From assembly GCA_951406725.2 (NCBI GenBank), contig OX597814.1:190216001-190280000 (forward strand): a stretch of 64,000 nucleotides of DNA, given 5' to 3'. This stretch comes from Octopus vulgaris. Lineage: Eukaryota. Of the stretch, positions 27,233-41,010 are shown piece after piece. The position numbers and the translations under genes were made by a program. Each line of letters starts with the position of its first letter. The first letter of the stretch is position 1. The notes beneath the pieces were generated by a model. It had not been told where the DNA came from, did no database searches, and saw nothing but the letters and a program-made list of their open reading frames with translations.

Positions 27233-27684
27233 CTTACGTATATATACAGATACATGTGTGTGTGTATGTGTGTGTACGTACATATATATGTATATGCATT
27301 TGTGTGTAATGTAGGTATTGTACAGCTAAAGTAAAAATAGGGTGTTTGGTACAAAAAGTAATAATGGAGTTATAGAGTGGGATGACGTCATGACGTGTTC
27401 ATCATCTTCTGTCAAAATGTTGCAGGGAGTGAGCTCACCAAATGTCCTATTCAATAAATGTTTACGTCATATCTCATGTGACCTTTCTGCCAAAACTGGC
27501 TTCTTCGCTCATTCTTCATTGTTGTTCTAACAGCACTTGCTACTGTTTTTTTGTTCTTCGGTTTTGTTTTGTTGGGTTTTTTTATGTGATTGTTGTTCGT
27601 ATTGTTCTTGATCTTGTTAATGTTCTTATTAATGTTGTTTATTAAATGTGGTGCTTTCTTGATAATATTGCTGTCGTTACGAGG

Positions 27685-28400
27685 AGGCGAGCTGGCAGAA
27701 TCGTTAGCACGCCGGGCGAAATGCTTAGCCGTATTTCGTCCGCCGCTACGTTCTGAGTTCAAATTCCGCCGAGGTCGACTTTGCCTTTCATTCTTTCGGG
27801 GTCGATTAAATAAGTACCAGTTACGCACTGGGATCGATGTAATCGACTTAATACCTTTGTCTGTCCTTGTTTGTCCCCTCTATGTTTACCCCCTTGTGTG
27901 AAGTAAAGAAATAGGTATTTCGTCTGCCGCTACGTTCTGAGTTCAAATTCCGCCGAGGTCGACTTTGCCTTTCATCCTTTCGGGGTCGATTAAATAAGTA
28001 CCAGTTACGCACTGGGGTCAATGTAATCGACTTAATCCGTTTGTCTGTCCTTGTTTGTCCTCTCTGTGTTTACCCCCTTGTGTGAAGTAAAGAAATAGGT
28101 ATTTCGTCTGCCGCTACGTTCTGAGTTCAAATTCCGCCGAGGTCGACTTTGCCTTTCATCCTTTCGGGGTCGATTAAATAAGTACCAGTTACGCACTGGG
28201 GTCAATGTAATCGACTTAATCCGTTTGTCTGTCCTTGTTTGTCCTCTCTGTGTTTGGCCCCTTGTGGATAGTAAAGAAATAGGTATTTCGGCCATCTTTA
28301 CGTTCTGAGTTCAAATGCCACCGAGGTCGACTTTGCCTTTCATCCTTTCAGGATCGATAAAATAATCTACAAAATTGCTGATCTTGTGCCAAAAACTGAC
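27685..28400 (+). mobile_element. SINE family B concatemer (184-bp period)
   Basis: gtatttcg unit starts at 27731, 27915, 28099 and 28283. Confidence 0.9.
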
Positions 28401-28885
28401 ATCAGTTTTGTTATCAGTATTGCTCTATTTAAGGCAGCGAACTGATAGAATTGTTAGCAAAATTGCTGGCCTAGTGCCAAATTTAGAAAGGATTACTATG
28501 ATTTGTAGTTTTTGTTACTGAGGGTCTTATGGGTACTACTGCGACAGCTTGTTATTGTTACTGTTGCTGTTGTTGTTGTTGATGATGATGATGATGATGA
28601 GGAGGAGGAGGAGGAGGAGGAGGAGGAGGAGGATACTGTTGTTGATTAGCTCCAGGTCAATCCAGGTTAAGCCGACACATAATGAAAGAGATCCAGTGAG
28701 AACTACATTAACCTTTTCTGAATAAGTTAACGTCTGGTTATGGTAAATTTGGCTGTTATTTCAAGCAGGCCGAGTGACCACGTAGAGGTTCCCTCGTTGC
28801 AGTGCTGGTGGTAGAGGTATTAGCGGAGTGAAGATGATGATGTGTAGCCATCACCAAGTCATCCCTGATCAAACAGTTATATCTA

Positions 28886-29103
28886 CGAAAGGGTGATGAA
28901 AAGTTCCTAGCTATGGGTTAAAGAAAATACAGAAGGACCAGTTAATCATGATTTTATTCAACATATTCCTCTCTCATGTTCACACACTTATTGCAGCGAT
29001 CCTTCAGTTTTTCTAAGCCCTGTAAAAAGAACTCGGATGGTTGGGCTTCCAACCAGGCCTTCTGCGATACCGTTAAAGTCAGAAACTTTTCAGCAGCCCC
29101 TCG
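28886..29103. mobile_element. Mariner-type MITE
   Basis: Imperfect TIRs cgaaagggtgatgaaaagttcct / agaaacttttcagcagcccctcg with TA flanks; second copy at 54950-55168. Confidence 0.75.
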
Positions 29104-30499
29104 TACATGCAAATATTCTGCCGAAAGACGAGATTTTAGCTACAAACCATACAATACTATATGTGTCTGCCTAACTGACGACTATACTGCACACTCCCAC
29201 AAGAAACCCCGTAACCCCATTACGTCGATGAGTGTTCCAAGTGATCCGATCAACGGAACATCCTGCACGTGAAATTAACGTATAAGTGGCTGAGCACTCC
29301 ACCGACACGCGTACTCTTAACATAGTTCACAAGGAGATTCAGCGTAACATAAAAGTGACAAGGTTGGCCTTTTGAAATACAGATACCCTAACCCTAATTT
29401 TTGCCAGGTGAGTGGACTGGAGCAACGTGAAATAAAGTGTCTTGCTCAAGTATACAACGCACCGCCGACATATAGTGGTGAATCGTATAAGTTACAAAAT
29501 ATCAGTCTGGACATGCAGCACTCTCTCCTTTGTCCAGTCTAATAATGCATACCCATAGATTCTGGTGCTGGCCTCAGTAGAGGCGAGCAAAGTGGATTCG
29601 GTTAGAATGCGACAATTACTCTCCCTCTCCACTCATTGTTAGCGGCGTGCATCGCAGCAAGGTGGGGGGGGGGTTATTTTGTAGCTACGCCTATGTGTAT
29701 GTGTGTCTCCCTTATGCTTGTCTGGGCTGCTTAATTTTACGATGTTGTTGCAGTAAAGTTTTATTGGATATTGTAGGTATTGGGTGTCTGGAGATTTTTT
29801 TTTTTTTTTTTTTGTCTTTTGTCATATAATGGAAGGGATTCTGATGGTTGAAACTTTCTGTGATAACAAACTGTCAGTGGCATACCTGAAGAATATTTTA
29901 CTTTTAGAATTTGTGTTTCGTAATATAAGTCATCAGAAGGCTCTGAGCCTGACTTTAAGCAGCATCCGGCTTGGGAGTTCCAGGGTTTCGAGAAGTGTAG
30001 AAACACTATTGTTCCCAAGTCTACTCTGACCTGGAGTAACATCAACTATCAGGGCCCCAGTTATGGTTTAATTAGCATATTATGGGGAGAAATCTCCAAT
30101 AACAAACCATCACTGTTTTGTAAGTGCCTATGGAAAAAGAAAAGGCTGAGGAAATCAAGCTCGACAGCAAATCGAGAACTGGAGTCCTTTGGGCGGTCCG
30201 GCGACCTCTTTGACACAATTTGGCAACTTCAAGGTAAGTGGCGCTCTGATCACCGCAACTGTCACTATGTCACAATGTCAAATGCCCAAAATCTAAAGTG
30301 TGGTATCGTATTGGGCATAGTGACTCTCACTTTAAAACTACTAACCGCAGGCAAGAAGAAAAAGCCCAGTAGTTTCAAGAATAAAGAATTGGTTTACATA
30401 TCCTCTTGAGAGCATACCGCTTTTCTTCGTGATCTTCAGACACGAAGAAACTCGCGTCATCAACAGTCTGAGAGTATAATCTGTGTACAGCATGTTAGA

Positions 30500-30792
30500 G
30501 GGAGGCGCAATGGCCCAGTGGTTAGGGCAGTGGACTCGCGGTTTCGATTCCAAGATCGGGCGTTGTGTGTGTTTATTGAGCGAAAACACCTAAAAGCTCC
30601 ACGAGGCTCCGGCAGAGGGTGGTGGCGACCCCTGTTGTACTCTTTCGCCACAACTTTCTCTCACTCTCTCTTCCTGTTTCTTGAGTAACGCTGCGATAGA
30701 CTAGCGTCCCGCCCAGCTGGAGGGGATACATACGCCACAGAAACCGGGAAACCGGGCCCATGAGCCTGGCTAGGCTTGAAAAGGGCGACGTT
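30500..30792 (+). mobile_element. tRNA SINE (head D) with a V-domain-like 3' part
   Basis: Same head and body as 26246 but continues gctgcgatagactagcgtcccgcccag, resembling the V-SINE domain. Flanked by direct repeat tacagcatgttaga (TSD). Confidence 0.75.
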
Positions 30793-31769
30793 TATCGCTT
30801 TACAGCATGTTAGAAAGTAGAGACTGATGTTTGCACACCACCACTATTGTTTCTTTCTGTTGGCCAAATGTGGCCTTTGTGAGTGCTCAACATGTTTACA
30901 CGACACTTCACTTTTTGTATGTTTATTTATTTTATGTTTGAGTTAAATAGAACTCCTTATAGCTTAGTCTTGAGTGCATATTTGTAACGTGTGTAAGTGT
31001 GGGAGGCGAGGGTAATGTTTACGTTGTAGAATAGTCTGGTTAATATCATTTATTATTCTCTGGTATTGTTGGTAAGGTAGAAGACAGCAGGTTTCGTAGG
31101 TACAAATTTTAAGTATGTTATTGTGCAGCCAGATTTTTTAAAGTGATTTATAGAGCTCTAGAGTAGTTAAGCAACAGTGTCTAGAGAACGGCAGAAGGAT
31201 ACGAGTGCGATGCCATCCCCGCATATGAGGTTCTTTCATAAAGTTTTATTCCGAGGTGTTTGAGTTCCAGGGTTTCGAGAAGTGTAGAAACACTATTGTT
31301 CCCAAGCCTTCTCTGACCTGGAGTAATAGCAACTGTCAGGGCCCCAGTTATGGTTTAATTAGCATATTATGGGAGGAAATCTCCAGTAAAGACCATGTAG
31401 AAATAGATTCAAAACAGTGGGTGAGAGAACAGATCCCTATGGTAAACCCATTCGGGAATTGGCGGTGCCTTTTATAGTTTTTAGTATCTGCTTTGTGTTA
31501 CCATCATCAGCTGCGTGTTCTTGCTGTTGTTCATATTGTCTACAACAATTCTGCTTTACATTATTACTACTGTTGTCCGCATTGTTGTTGTTATTGATGA
31601 TAATATTTTATATTCCGTTGTAGTTAATTCAATTATATCAAATAAAACACGAACGAACTGTTCGATTTTATATTTTATTTTTAAATTTGGTGGGAGTATG
31701 GGAGGAGCATTTCTTTGTTTTCTTCGATTTGTTTATGTATGTATGTATGTATGTATGTATGTATGTATG

Positions 31770-31834
<65 letters not shown>

Positions 31835-31889
31835 GTATATATATATGTATATATGTATATATATATGTATATATATATATATACATATG

Positions 31890-31924
<35 letters not shown>

Positions 31925-32339
31925 GTATATATATATATGTATATATATATATGTATATATATATGTATAAATATATGTGTATATATATGTATATATATAT
32001 ATGTATGTATATATATATATATATGTATGTATATATATTGTTCATTTATTCCTGTTATTTTTTTAATTTTCCTTGAAAAATATACGAAAATGCTTTTCGT
32101 CGTTCTTTTCATTAAATAGAATTTCCTTTTCGTTACATTGTATTAAATTGAAAATGTATTTATACTTACATGAACGTGAATGTGTATGCATGTGGATGCA
32201 TACATATATACGTGTGTGTGTGTGTGCGTGTGTATGTGTATGTGTGTGTGTGTGTATATAGATGTATAAATATATATATGGATTATACATGTGTGTATGG
32301 TATGTGTGTAAATATGTGTGTTTAAGTGTATTTATATGC

Positions 32340-32371
<32 letters not shown>

Positions 32372-32479
32372 ATTTTTTGTATGTATGTGTGTTTGGATAT
32401 GTATGTGCATGTATGCATATGGATACGTGTGTTTATGGATACGTGTGTATATACATGTATGAGTGTATGGGCGTGTGTT

Positions 32480-32527
<48 letters not shown>

Positions 32528-32553
32528 CATATATTTATATTTATATATATATT

Positions 32554-32628
<75 letters not shown>

Positions 32629-33120
32629 TTGTATAAGCAACGGTTTGTTTTAATTTTATTATGTACTTCGGTGTGTATCTTTCGATTTTAGTCTACACCG
32701 TTTGTAATAAACAGACGTAAATATCGTTTTTGTACACACAATTCTTTCATGGCCAAAAAAAAAAACATGAGGAATCAGCTACACAAAATCTATGTTTAAA
32801 TCCTCACTGCAACATTGGTTATGAGCCCTCTATTACCAAGGACTGATGCGTGTCCATTCACTCGCTGAAAAGTCTCCAAGAAAAGTCTGTAGTCTAATAA
32901 AGACGACTCAAAACGTGTTACAAACAGGACAATAATTGGCATTCTACTTTGAAGAATAGAATACTCAAGCAATTTTACAGAAACCCATAAAAGTCGAAGA
33001 GATTTCAAGATTTCAAGAGGATTTAATTATGAATATGAAATAGTTCTTAAAAGAAAATGTTAAAAGAATATTTATTACTCCTTACAGTATCTTGCAACTT
33101 AATTGTACCAGCTGATATGA

Positions 33121-33168
<48 letters not shown>

Positions 33169-33289
33169 ATGCGTCCGTACATACATACATACATACATAC
33201 ATACATACATACATACATACATACATACGTAGGTGCGTCCGTACGTATGTGCGTTCGTACGTACGTATGTATGTATTTAAGTATGATGT

Positions 33290-33625
33290 GATGTTGTATG
33301 GCTCAGTGGTTAGAGCGTCGAGCTAACGATCGTGAGGTTGTGAGTTCGAATCCCGGACCGGGCTGCGTCTTGTGTTCTTGAGCAAGACACTTTATTTCAC
33401 GTTGTTCCAGTTCACTCAGCTGTAGAAATGAGTTGCGACGTCACAGGGGCCAAGCTGTATCGGCCCCTTTTCCTTTCCCTTGGATAATACTGCTGGCGTG
33501 GAGGGGGCGGCCGGTATGCATGGGCGACTGCTGGTCTTCCATAAACAACCTTGCCCGGATTTGTGCCATGGAGGGTCACGTTCTAGCAGCAATCCCACGG
33601 TCAGTCATGACCGAAGGGGCTCTCA
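33290..33625 (+). mobile_element. CORE-type tRNA SINE with an RTE-UTR-derived body
   Basis: tggctcagtggttagagcg..gagttcgaatccc head; ttgagcaagacactttatttc; body homologous to 47808-47930. Confidence 0.8.
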
Positions 33626-34763
33626 GCATCTAAGTATGAAACTAACACTCCCTCGGTTAAGTTACGACGATGAAGGCTCCAACTGTTCCGATCAACGGAA
33701 CAGCCTGCTCATGAAATTAAAGTGCAAGTGGCTGAGTACTCCACAGACACGCGTACCCTTAACGTAGTTCTGAGGGAGATCCAGCGTCATAGAATGAAAC
33801 AAGATTGGCCCTTTGAATTACTGATACCACACATTTTTTGCCAGATGAGTGAACCGGAGTAACGAGAAATAAAGTGTCTTGCTCAAGGACGAAACGCGCT
33901 GCCGGGAATCGAACTCATAACCATACGATCGTGAGCCGAATGCCTAACCACTAAGCCACGCGCCATCACAGATATGTACAAGTGTGTGTGTATGTGTGCG
34001 TATGTGTGTGTGTGTGTGTGCGCGTGTGTGTGTGTGTGCGCGTGTGTGTGTGTGTGTGCGCGTGTGTGTGTGTGTGCGCGTGTGTGTGTGTGTGTAAGAA
34101 GGCTAACCGAAACACATTCGGTATGACAAGCCAAAATAACACAGTTGTTGTTGTTTAACCCCAGGTCGAACCTAACCTAAGAGATCTATGATCAAAAGCA
34201 TTTCAGATATAACCTTTCCATCTTAATTAATCACACAGATATATCAAATATAGAAAAATATTATGGTATGAAATCTACCAGGGTTTGCCCTTACATAACA
34301 CTAAATCCAGTGTTGAGCATTTCATCAGTTACATAATTATTCCCAAGACTCTTTGCGGCTTCGCGCAGAATGAGCGGGCTACGCACCATTACGACAGTTT
34401 CATTTAGAAATGAGATGACGGAGGTTTTGAAACGTGAATCAAATGGATTTCGGAGCTAAAAACTACACACACACACACACACATACACACACACATTCAT
34501 ATATATATAAACTTAGATAAACTTGGATAAACTTAGATATGTTTCGACCAAAGATTGGTCCAGGCCATGTCTAACTTAATAGCACCACCTGATGTGTATA
34601 TATATATATATATATATTATAGTGTACTGTTCCGTTGTTGCAAGGATCTAAAAGGCAAGTACTCTCGTCCAGTAAGAGATTAGCGACATTTAATATGAGT
34701 TTCATGCCTCTAATAATACAATTGTCGGACGAGCTTGTATAGCGTCCCGTTTATGCTCGATAA

Positions 34764-34830
<67 letters not shown>

Positions 34831-34861
34831 GCTGTTGTTGTTATTATCATCATTATGATTA

Positions 34862-34922
<61 letters not shown>

Positions 34923-34944
34923 TTTATTTTTTATTATTATTTTT

Positions 34945-35459
34945 TTTTTCTTCTTTCAAATTTGCTTTCATTTCTTGCCGAGTGTCTGCCCGACTCCTAG
35001 GGCAAAGAAACTCATAGTATACATTGGTAGGCCATTAAACCAAACTCAATAGTTCGTTCATTTTTTTTTTTTTAAGTTAAATTAAAATACATGGGTAGTA
35101 ATAGTTCTCACATCGACAATGCTCTTCTCAATACGTGTGATGTACCAGTTAAGACAATCTTTTCCACTTCTTGCAAGGATGGTAAGCCAGGGATCATTCT
35201 CATATAATTTTCGGTTCCCTTCTTGATCATTCCTAGTGCTCCTATGATCACTGGTATTGTAACCGCCTTGAGATGCCACATTTTCTCAATTTCAATGAGC
35301 AGGTCTTTATATTTTCTGAGCTTGTCAAACTCTTTCGCCGAGATATTATGACCACAGGGGATGCTCATGTCGATCAATAAGCAAACTTTATTGTTTTGGT
35401 CTTTCACAACAATATCTGGTTTATTGGCTTTGATGGTTCGGTCTGTATGTACTGGAAAG

Positions 35460-35461
<2 letters not shown>
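34945..35461 (-). mobile_element. 5'-truncated Dong/R4 copy (RLE C-terminus and 3' UTR)
   Basis: Near-identical to 35592-36111 with scattered substitutions; (TAA)n on both sides. Confidence 0.9.
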
Positions 35462-35536
<75 letters not shown>

Positions 35537-35540
35537 TTTA

Positions 35541-35591
<51 letters not shown>

Positions 35592-38500
35592 TTTTTTTTC
35601 TTTTTCAAATTTGCTTTCATTTCTTGCCGAGTGTCTTCCCGACTCCTAGGGCAAAGAAACTCATAGTATACATTGGTAGGCCATTAAACCAAACTCAATA
35701 GTTCGTTCATTTTTTTTTTTTTTAAGTTAAATTAAAATACATGAGCAGCAACAGTTCTCACATCGTCAATGCTCTTCTCAATACGTGTGATGTACCAGTT
35801 AAGACAATCTTTTGCACTTCTTGCAGGGATGGTAAGCCAGGGATCATTCTCATATAATTTTCGGTTCCCTTCTTGATCATTCCTAGTGCTCCTACGATCA
35901 CTGGTATTGTAACCGCCTTGAGATGCCACATTTTCTCAATTTCAATGAGTAGGTCTTTATATTTTCTGAGCTTGTCAAACTCTTTCGCTGAGATATTATG
36001 ATCACAGGGGATGCTCATGTCGATCAATAAGCAAACTTTATTGTTTTGGTCTTTCACAACAATATCTGGTTTATTGGCCTTGATGGTTCGGTCTGTATGT
36101 ACTGGAAAGTCCCACAGAATGGTTACATTTTCTCCTTCAGTTACAGCCTCAGGGTGGTGATTATACCACTTGTCGGCAGTTTTGATATTGTAATGCCGAC
36201 TTATTAGCCAGTGTAGATATTGGCCAACTCTGTCATGTCTTAATTTATACTCCACTGGTGCTAAGACTTTACATCCAGAGATTAGATGGTCCACTGTTTC
36301 AATCATGTCGTTGCAGAATCGGCATTTTGGGTCTGCTCCATTTTTCATCACATTGGCCTGGTAGTTCCGGGTTAATAGGCTTTGATCTTGAGCAGCCAGG
36401 ATGAAACCTTCGCTCTCTGCTTTTAGCCCTGAGCTCCGTAGCCTCTGATGGGTTTGCTTCTGGTCAACATCAGCTTGTTTGCTGCGGGTCACATATTTGC
36501 CGTGCAGAGGTTTCTCCTCCCATCTATCAGCCAATTGCTCGTGCGCTTTTTTCGTTGCCATCATTTTCACCTTCTTTGCAACAATAGTTGCTGTACTTCC
36601 CTCGGGTTGTTCAGTTTGGGTATCCTGCACGAGATCAATAGCAATTTTTTTTGCTTTCCTTTATGATAGAATGAAGCTTCTTTCGTCTCTCGTGATTTTC
36701 CACGATCTTTAGCATCCAGTCATTCGATATTTCGAGATATTTGGCCAGTCCAATTGTGGTTGTTTTGTAAGCTAGTTCAAATTGGATCAGGCCTCGACCT
36801 CCTTAGGCTCTGGGAAGGTAAAGGCGATCTACGTCTGCCTTTGGGTGGTGCATCCTATTACAACTCAGCAGCTTGCGTATTTTCCTATCTATATTCTTTA
36901 CTTCACTCATATTCCAGTTCAACACATTGTAGCTATAAGTAACAACTGGAACTGCTAAGGAATTTATAGCTAACACCTTGTTACGTGCATTTAGTTCAGA
37001 TTTCAGGACTGCACGAACTCTCCTATAACATTCCTTCCTGATCTTCTCTTTCATGCTTGCATGCTGAATACCAGAGCCTTCATTTATCCCTAAATATTTG
37101 TATGTTTGTTCTTGCTCAAGCTCTCTTATGACTGTGTCAACATCTAACACGACTGAATTTGTGGTCTTCACTTTCCCTTTCTGGAAAGTGGCCTTGGCAC
37201 ACTTCTCAAGTCCAAACTCCATCCCGATGTCATCGCTGAATGCTTTCACGGTGCGCATTAGGCCTTCAAGTTCATTATTGTCTTTACCATAAAGTTTTAA
37301 GTCATCCATATAAAATAGATGGCTTATTTTTTTATTGGCAATTTTATACCCATACCCTGTTCTGTTTAATTCACTTGTAAGGGGTATTAGGGCTATGCAG
37401 AATATTAAAGGTGAAAGTGAGTCACCTTGAAAAATTCCACAGTTGATGTTTATATTTTCTGAGGCAAGTACTCCATTAGAGTGGTATAATTGGAGATTCG
37501 TATTCCACAACGACATATTGTGCTTCAGGAAGTTTGAAATCACAGGGGAAATTTTGAAGATGTCCAGCGATCTCAAGATCCATGGATGCGGTATACTGTC
37601 GAAGGCCTTTTTGTAGTCAATCCATGCGGTGCTGAGATTTCTACGCTTGTTGTGACAGTTCTCAAGGATCATACGATTGATTAGCAGTTGATCTTTGCAT
37701 CCGTAAGAGCCTCGGCGGCACCCTTTTTGTTCAATGGGGAAAATATCGTTCTTCTCCATGAATGCATATGTTTTCTCCGCCAGGATAGATGTTAGGATTT
37801 TATACGTGGTGGATAGACAGGTTATAGGCCGATAGTTTTTTGGAAGGTTGGTTTCGTTATTCTTTGGGAGTAGGTAAGTAATGCCACTTGCTAACCATTC
37901 TGGTGTTTTCTTTGGGTCTCTCATAATTCCATTGAGCAGCTGAACTAGCTTACCGTGTGCGCATGGGAGCGATGCGAGCCAGAAATTCGGCACCCTATCT
38001 TTACCGGGGGATTTCTAATTATGGGCCTTCGTGAGTGCCTTTCTTAGGTCTGCTATTGGGATGTCTTCCCATGCTTGTTGTTGTAAATTTTGGTAGGATC
38101 CTTCAGTTTGTATAATCCAGTCTGCATTTATGTTGTACGTCTTCTTGTCACTCCAAATCCTTTTCCAAAAGTTTTGAACTTCTTCCATGGGAGGGGGGTC
38201 TTTAACGGTTACTTTCTCCTTCCCTATTTCTCTGTAGAATTTTTTGGCATTGGATGTGAACAGCTTATTTTGCTTGTAAAACTTGTTTCTCTTCTCAAAT
38301 CTTCGTATTCTTTGGGCTTTTGCTTCGTCTTTTTGTTTCAGCGTTTCTTTTATTGATATCAGTTCTTCTCTTGGTGAGGATCCAAATGTTCTCTTCATCT
38401 TTCTTCCTGTTCTGGATCTTACATCATTTCCACATATTAGTTCATTTAATATTGATATTTCCCCTCTCATAAATTCAATCTCTTTTTCAATTTTACTTCT

Positions 38501-39680
38501 CCAGGTTTGATTTCTTCCCAGGTTTTGTTTTCTTTGTTTTTTCGGGGGCATACAGCTGGTTTCAATTGCCCTAGCAGAAGCGTAAATAATTTCATTTAAC
38601 TCAGTAAAATCAGGTTTTAATTCTCGTATTATTTCATTTGTTACATAGTTGCCAATTTGGATTTGTTTTTTATTTTGGTTTGTATTTGAGAGTTTATGAA
38701 GTGGTTCTCTATCATTCATACTTGTATGTCTTACAACTTCAAGCGTATTCAGGATTTTCTGCCTCATTTCTGCCATAGACTCTCTGTGTTCTTCAGCAAA
38801 TGCGAGATCTTCAGTTACTGTTGTTTTTTCGTTTTCCTGGCTATCTTTAACAGGTACAACTTCAAGCGTATTCAGGATTTTCTGCCTCATTTCTGCCATA
38901 GACTCTGTGTGTTCTTCAGCAAATGCGAGATCTTCAGTTACTGTTGTTTTTTCGTTTTCCTGGCTATCTTTAACAGGTACAATAGAATTTCTTGTATCTT
39001 CAGGCCTTTGCGTACTTTGGTCAGATGGCAGTCTTTCAATTAAGCCTCGTGGCGGGCTATACTGTTCATCTGATTCTTCATTTCCTTTGTGTCTTATATT
39101 TATGTCATTTTCCGTTGCGTGCTTGATCGCGCTTATTTCACTGTCTGTGAGTCTGTTATTTCTAAGGATATCCCTCCTCACATTTGCTAATTTGTTCTCG
39201 TCCAAATAGGGCCTACTGTCTTGATTCCGTGTTCTCCATATACTGTAAGAGTTTGCGGTGTGTCTCTCTTGAGATGGCCTACCTAATGCATAGTAATAAG
39301 CGTATATTACTTCTTTATACTCTTCTCGGGTCCATTTGTTCCGCTTACATTTTTCTTTCTGTGGTGGTTGTGGTGGTGAACTTGGAGGGCTCGAGTTGGG
39401 GGATTTCCCGTTCAAGTGACCATCCATGTCCGTATTCGGAGAAGAGTTTGTGCCAGTTGATGACTTTTCGATCCCAGGCTGGCTCTTCCCTGGGGGACGC
39501 GCTTCCAGATTAACCATAGGACAAGCGATTTGGTATACTGATTTAGTTTTCCTTTTAGTTTCCAAAAACATTTTGGTGCTACGATAATGTTATCATTTTT
39601 TAGCTTTGATTGGCTCGTGGGGAGACGGCCATCATTGCCGTTACAATTATAATCGTACCATTATAGCAGCCGTAGTCGGC
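35592..39680 (-). mobile_element. Near-full-length Dong/R4-clade RLE non-LTR retrotransposon with a disrupted ORF
   Basis: ORFs 38015..39571 (KWTREEY Myb-like N-terminus), 36803..37993 (RT: YRPITCL, IDYKKAFDS, GIFQGDSLSP, FYMDD) and 35758..36630 (CRFC..ETVDHLISGC, RHD, KPDIV..IDMSIP..KYKDL RLE). In-frame stops at ~38015 and ~36803; TAA repeats at both ends. Confidence 0.93.
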
Positions 39681-40135
39681 TTATTATTGTTATTATCATC
39701 ACTATCATCATTATCACCACCATTACCATCATCATTATCATCATCACCATCACCATCACCACCATCATCATCAATGATATTGTTTTATGTGTAGTCACAG
39801 CAGTATCTTATTATTGTTATTTTTGTTTTTTTATCATTATCACCATCACAGTAGTGTCTGTCTGTCTCGTTGGCTGGCTTGGTGGTTGGCTGGCTGACTG
39901 TCTTCAACACCAGAGTTCTTGCCTGTCAAATAATACTTTCTTTGTGTTGGTTGAACTCTTTGAGTGTGTGTGTGTGTAGATAGATAGATAGATTATCAGC
40001 ACTATTACTATCATTATTATCATCATCACCATCATCACCATCACCATCAGTGATATTTTTTTTTTTCTAGGTGGGGTCCTATCGGTCAAAAAAAGTTCAG
40101 ATGTTTACTACTATTAGGCTTAAGAAAAATTAAGG

Positions 40136-41010
40136 AAGGGCTGTTCTGTATTGTTTGTGAATTGTTTTTTTTTTTTGTTTTTTTCCATGTGCGTTTGTGT
40201 TATTGCAATAAAAAGTGTTTGTATATTTCCTGTAAGGTAATATTGTGGAGGTTGAAGTTGACTTTTCTAGAGATGTTTGTATGTCCAGTTAGAAGAACAG
40301 GTGTGTTTTTACAATAAAAAGTATATGTTTACATTTATATTTGAATATTCAGGGAGGAAGCAAAGAAAAGTCAGATTTTCATAGAAAGTTTTAGGGTTTT
40401 GCAAGTCCACAAAAAGAAAAGCGTGATGTTTTTAGAGAAGAAGAAAAAAAAAAAAAAAAAGGATGTTTACAGAGGCAATTGTGGGTATCAAAGTTTTTAA
40501 AGCTGGTCGAATGTATGATTGAAAACTGTAGACATGTAAATTTGTAAATTTTCTTAACTTATTTTGAAGGGCTGTTCTGTATTATTTGTGAATAGAGAAG
40601 CTGTGTTCTACCAGAGAGAATCTTAGCATCATTATTTTTTCCATGTGCGTTTGTGTTATTGCAATAAAAAGTGTTTGTATATTTCGTGCAAGGTAATATT
40701 GTGGAGGTTGAAGTTGACCCCTCTAGAGATGTTTGTATGTCCAGTTAGAAGAACAGGTGTGTTTTTGCAATAAAGAGTATATGTTTACATTTATATTTGA
40801 ATGTTCTGGGAGGAAGCAAAGAAAAGTCAGATTTTCATAGAAAGTTTTAGGGTTTTGCAAGTCCACAAAAAGAAAAGCGTGATGTTTTTAGAGAGAAGAA
40901 AAAAAGGTGCTTACAGAGGCAGTTGTGGGTATTAAAGTTTTTAAAGCCGATCGGGTGTATGTTTGAAAGCTGCAGATATGTAAATTTGTAAATTTCTTAA
41001 CCCACTTTGA
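40136..41010 (+). repeat. Diverged ~430-440-bp direct tandem duplication
   Basis: gaagggctgttctgtatt..ttccatgtgcgtttgtgttattgcaataaaaag..gtaaatttgtaaattt occurs at ~40136 and ~40566. Confidence 0.9.

Noticed and set aside
29985-31390. ~125-bp direct repeat (29975-30100 vs 31262-31385)
   Set aside because: Considered as LTRs, but there are no TG..CA ends, PBS or PPT; more likely a local duplication or repeat fragment.
33295-33360. tRNA gene-like sequences here and at other SINE heads
   Set aside because: A and B boxes are present, but there is no complete cloverleaf or terminator and they run into SINE bodies.
39575-39680. HDV-like ribozyme at the Dong/R4 5' end
   Set aside because: Only small hairpins were found; P1/P2/P3 nesting could not be built.
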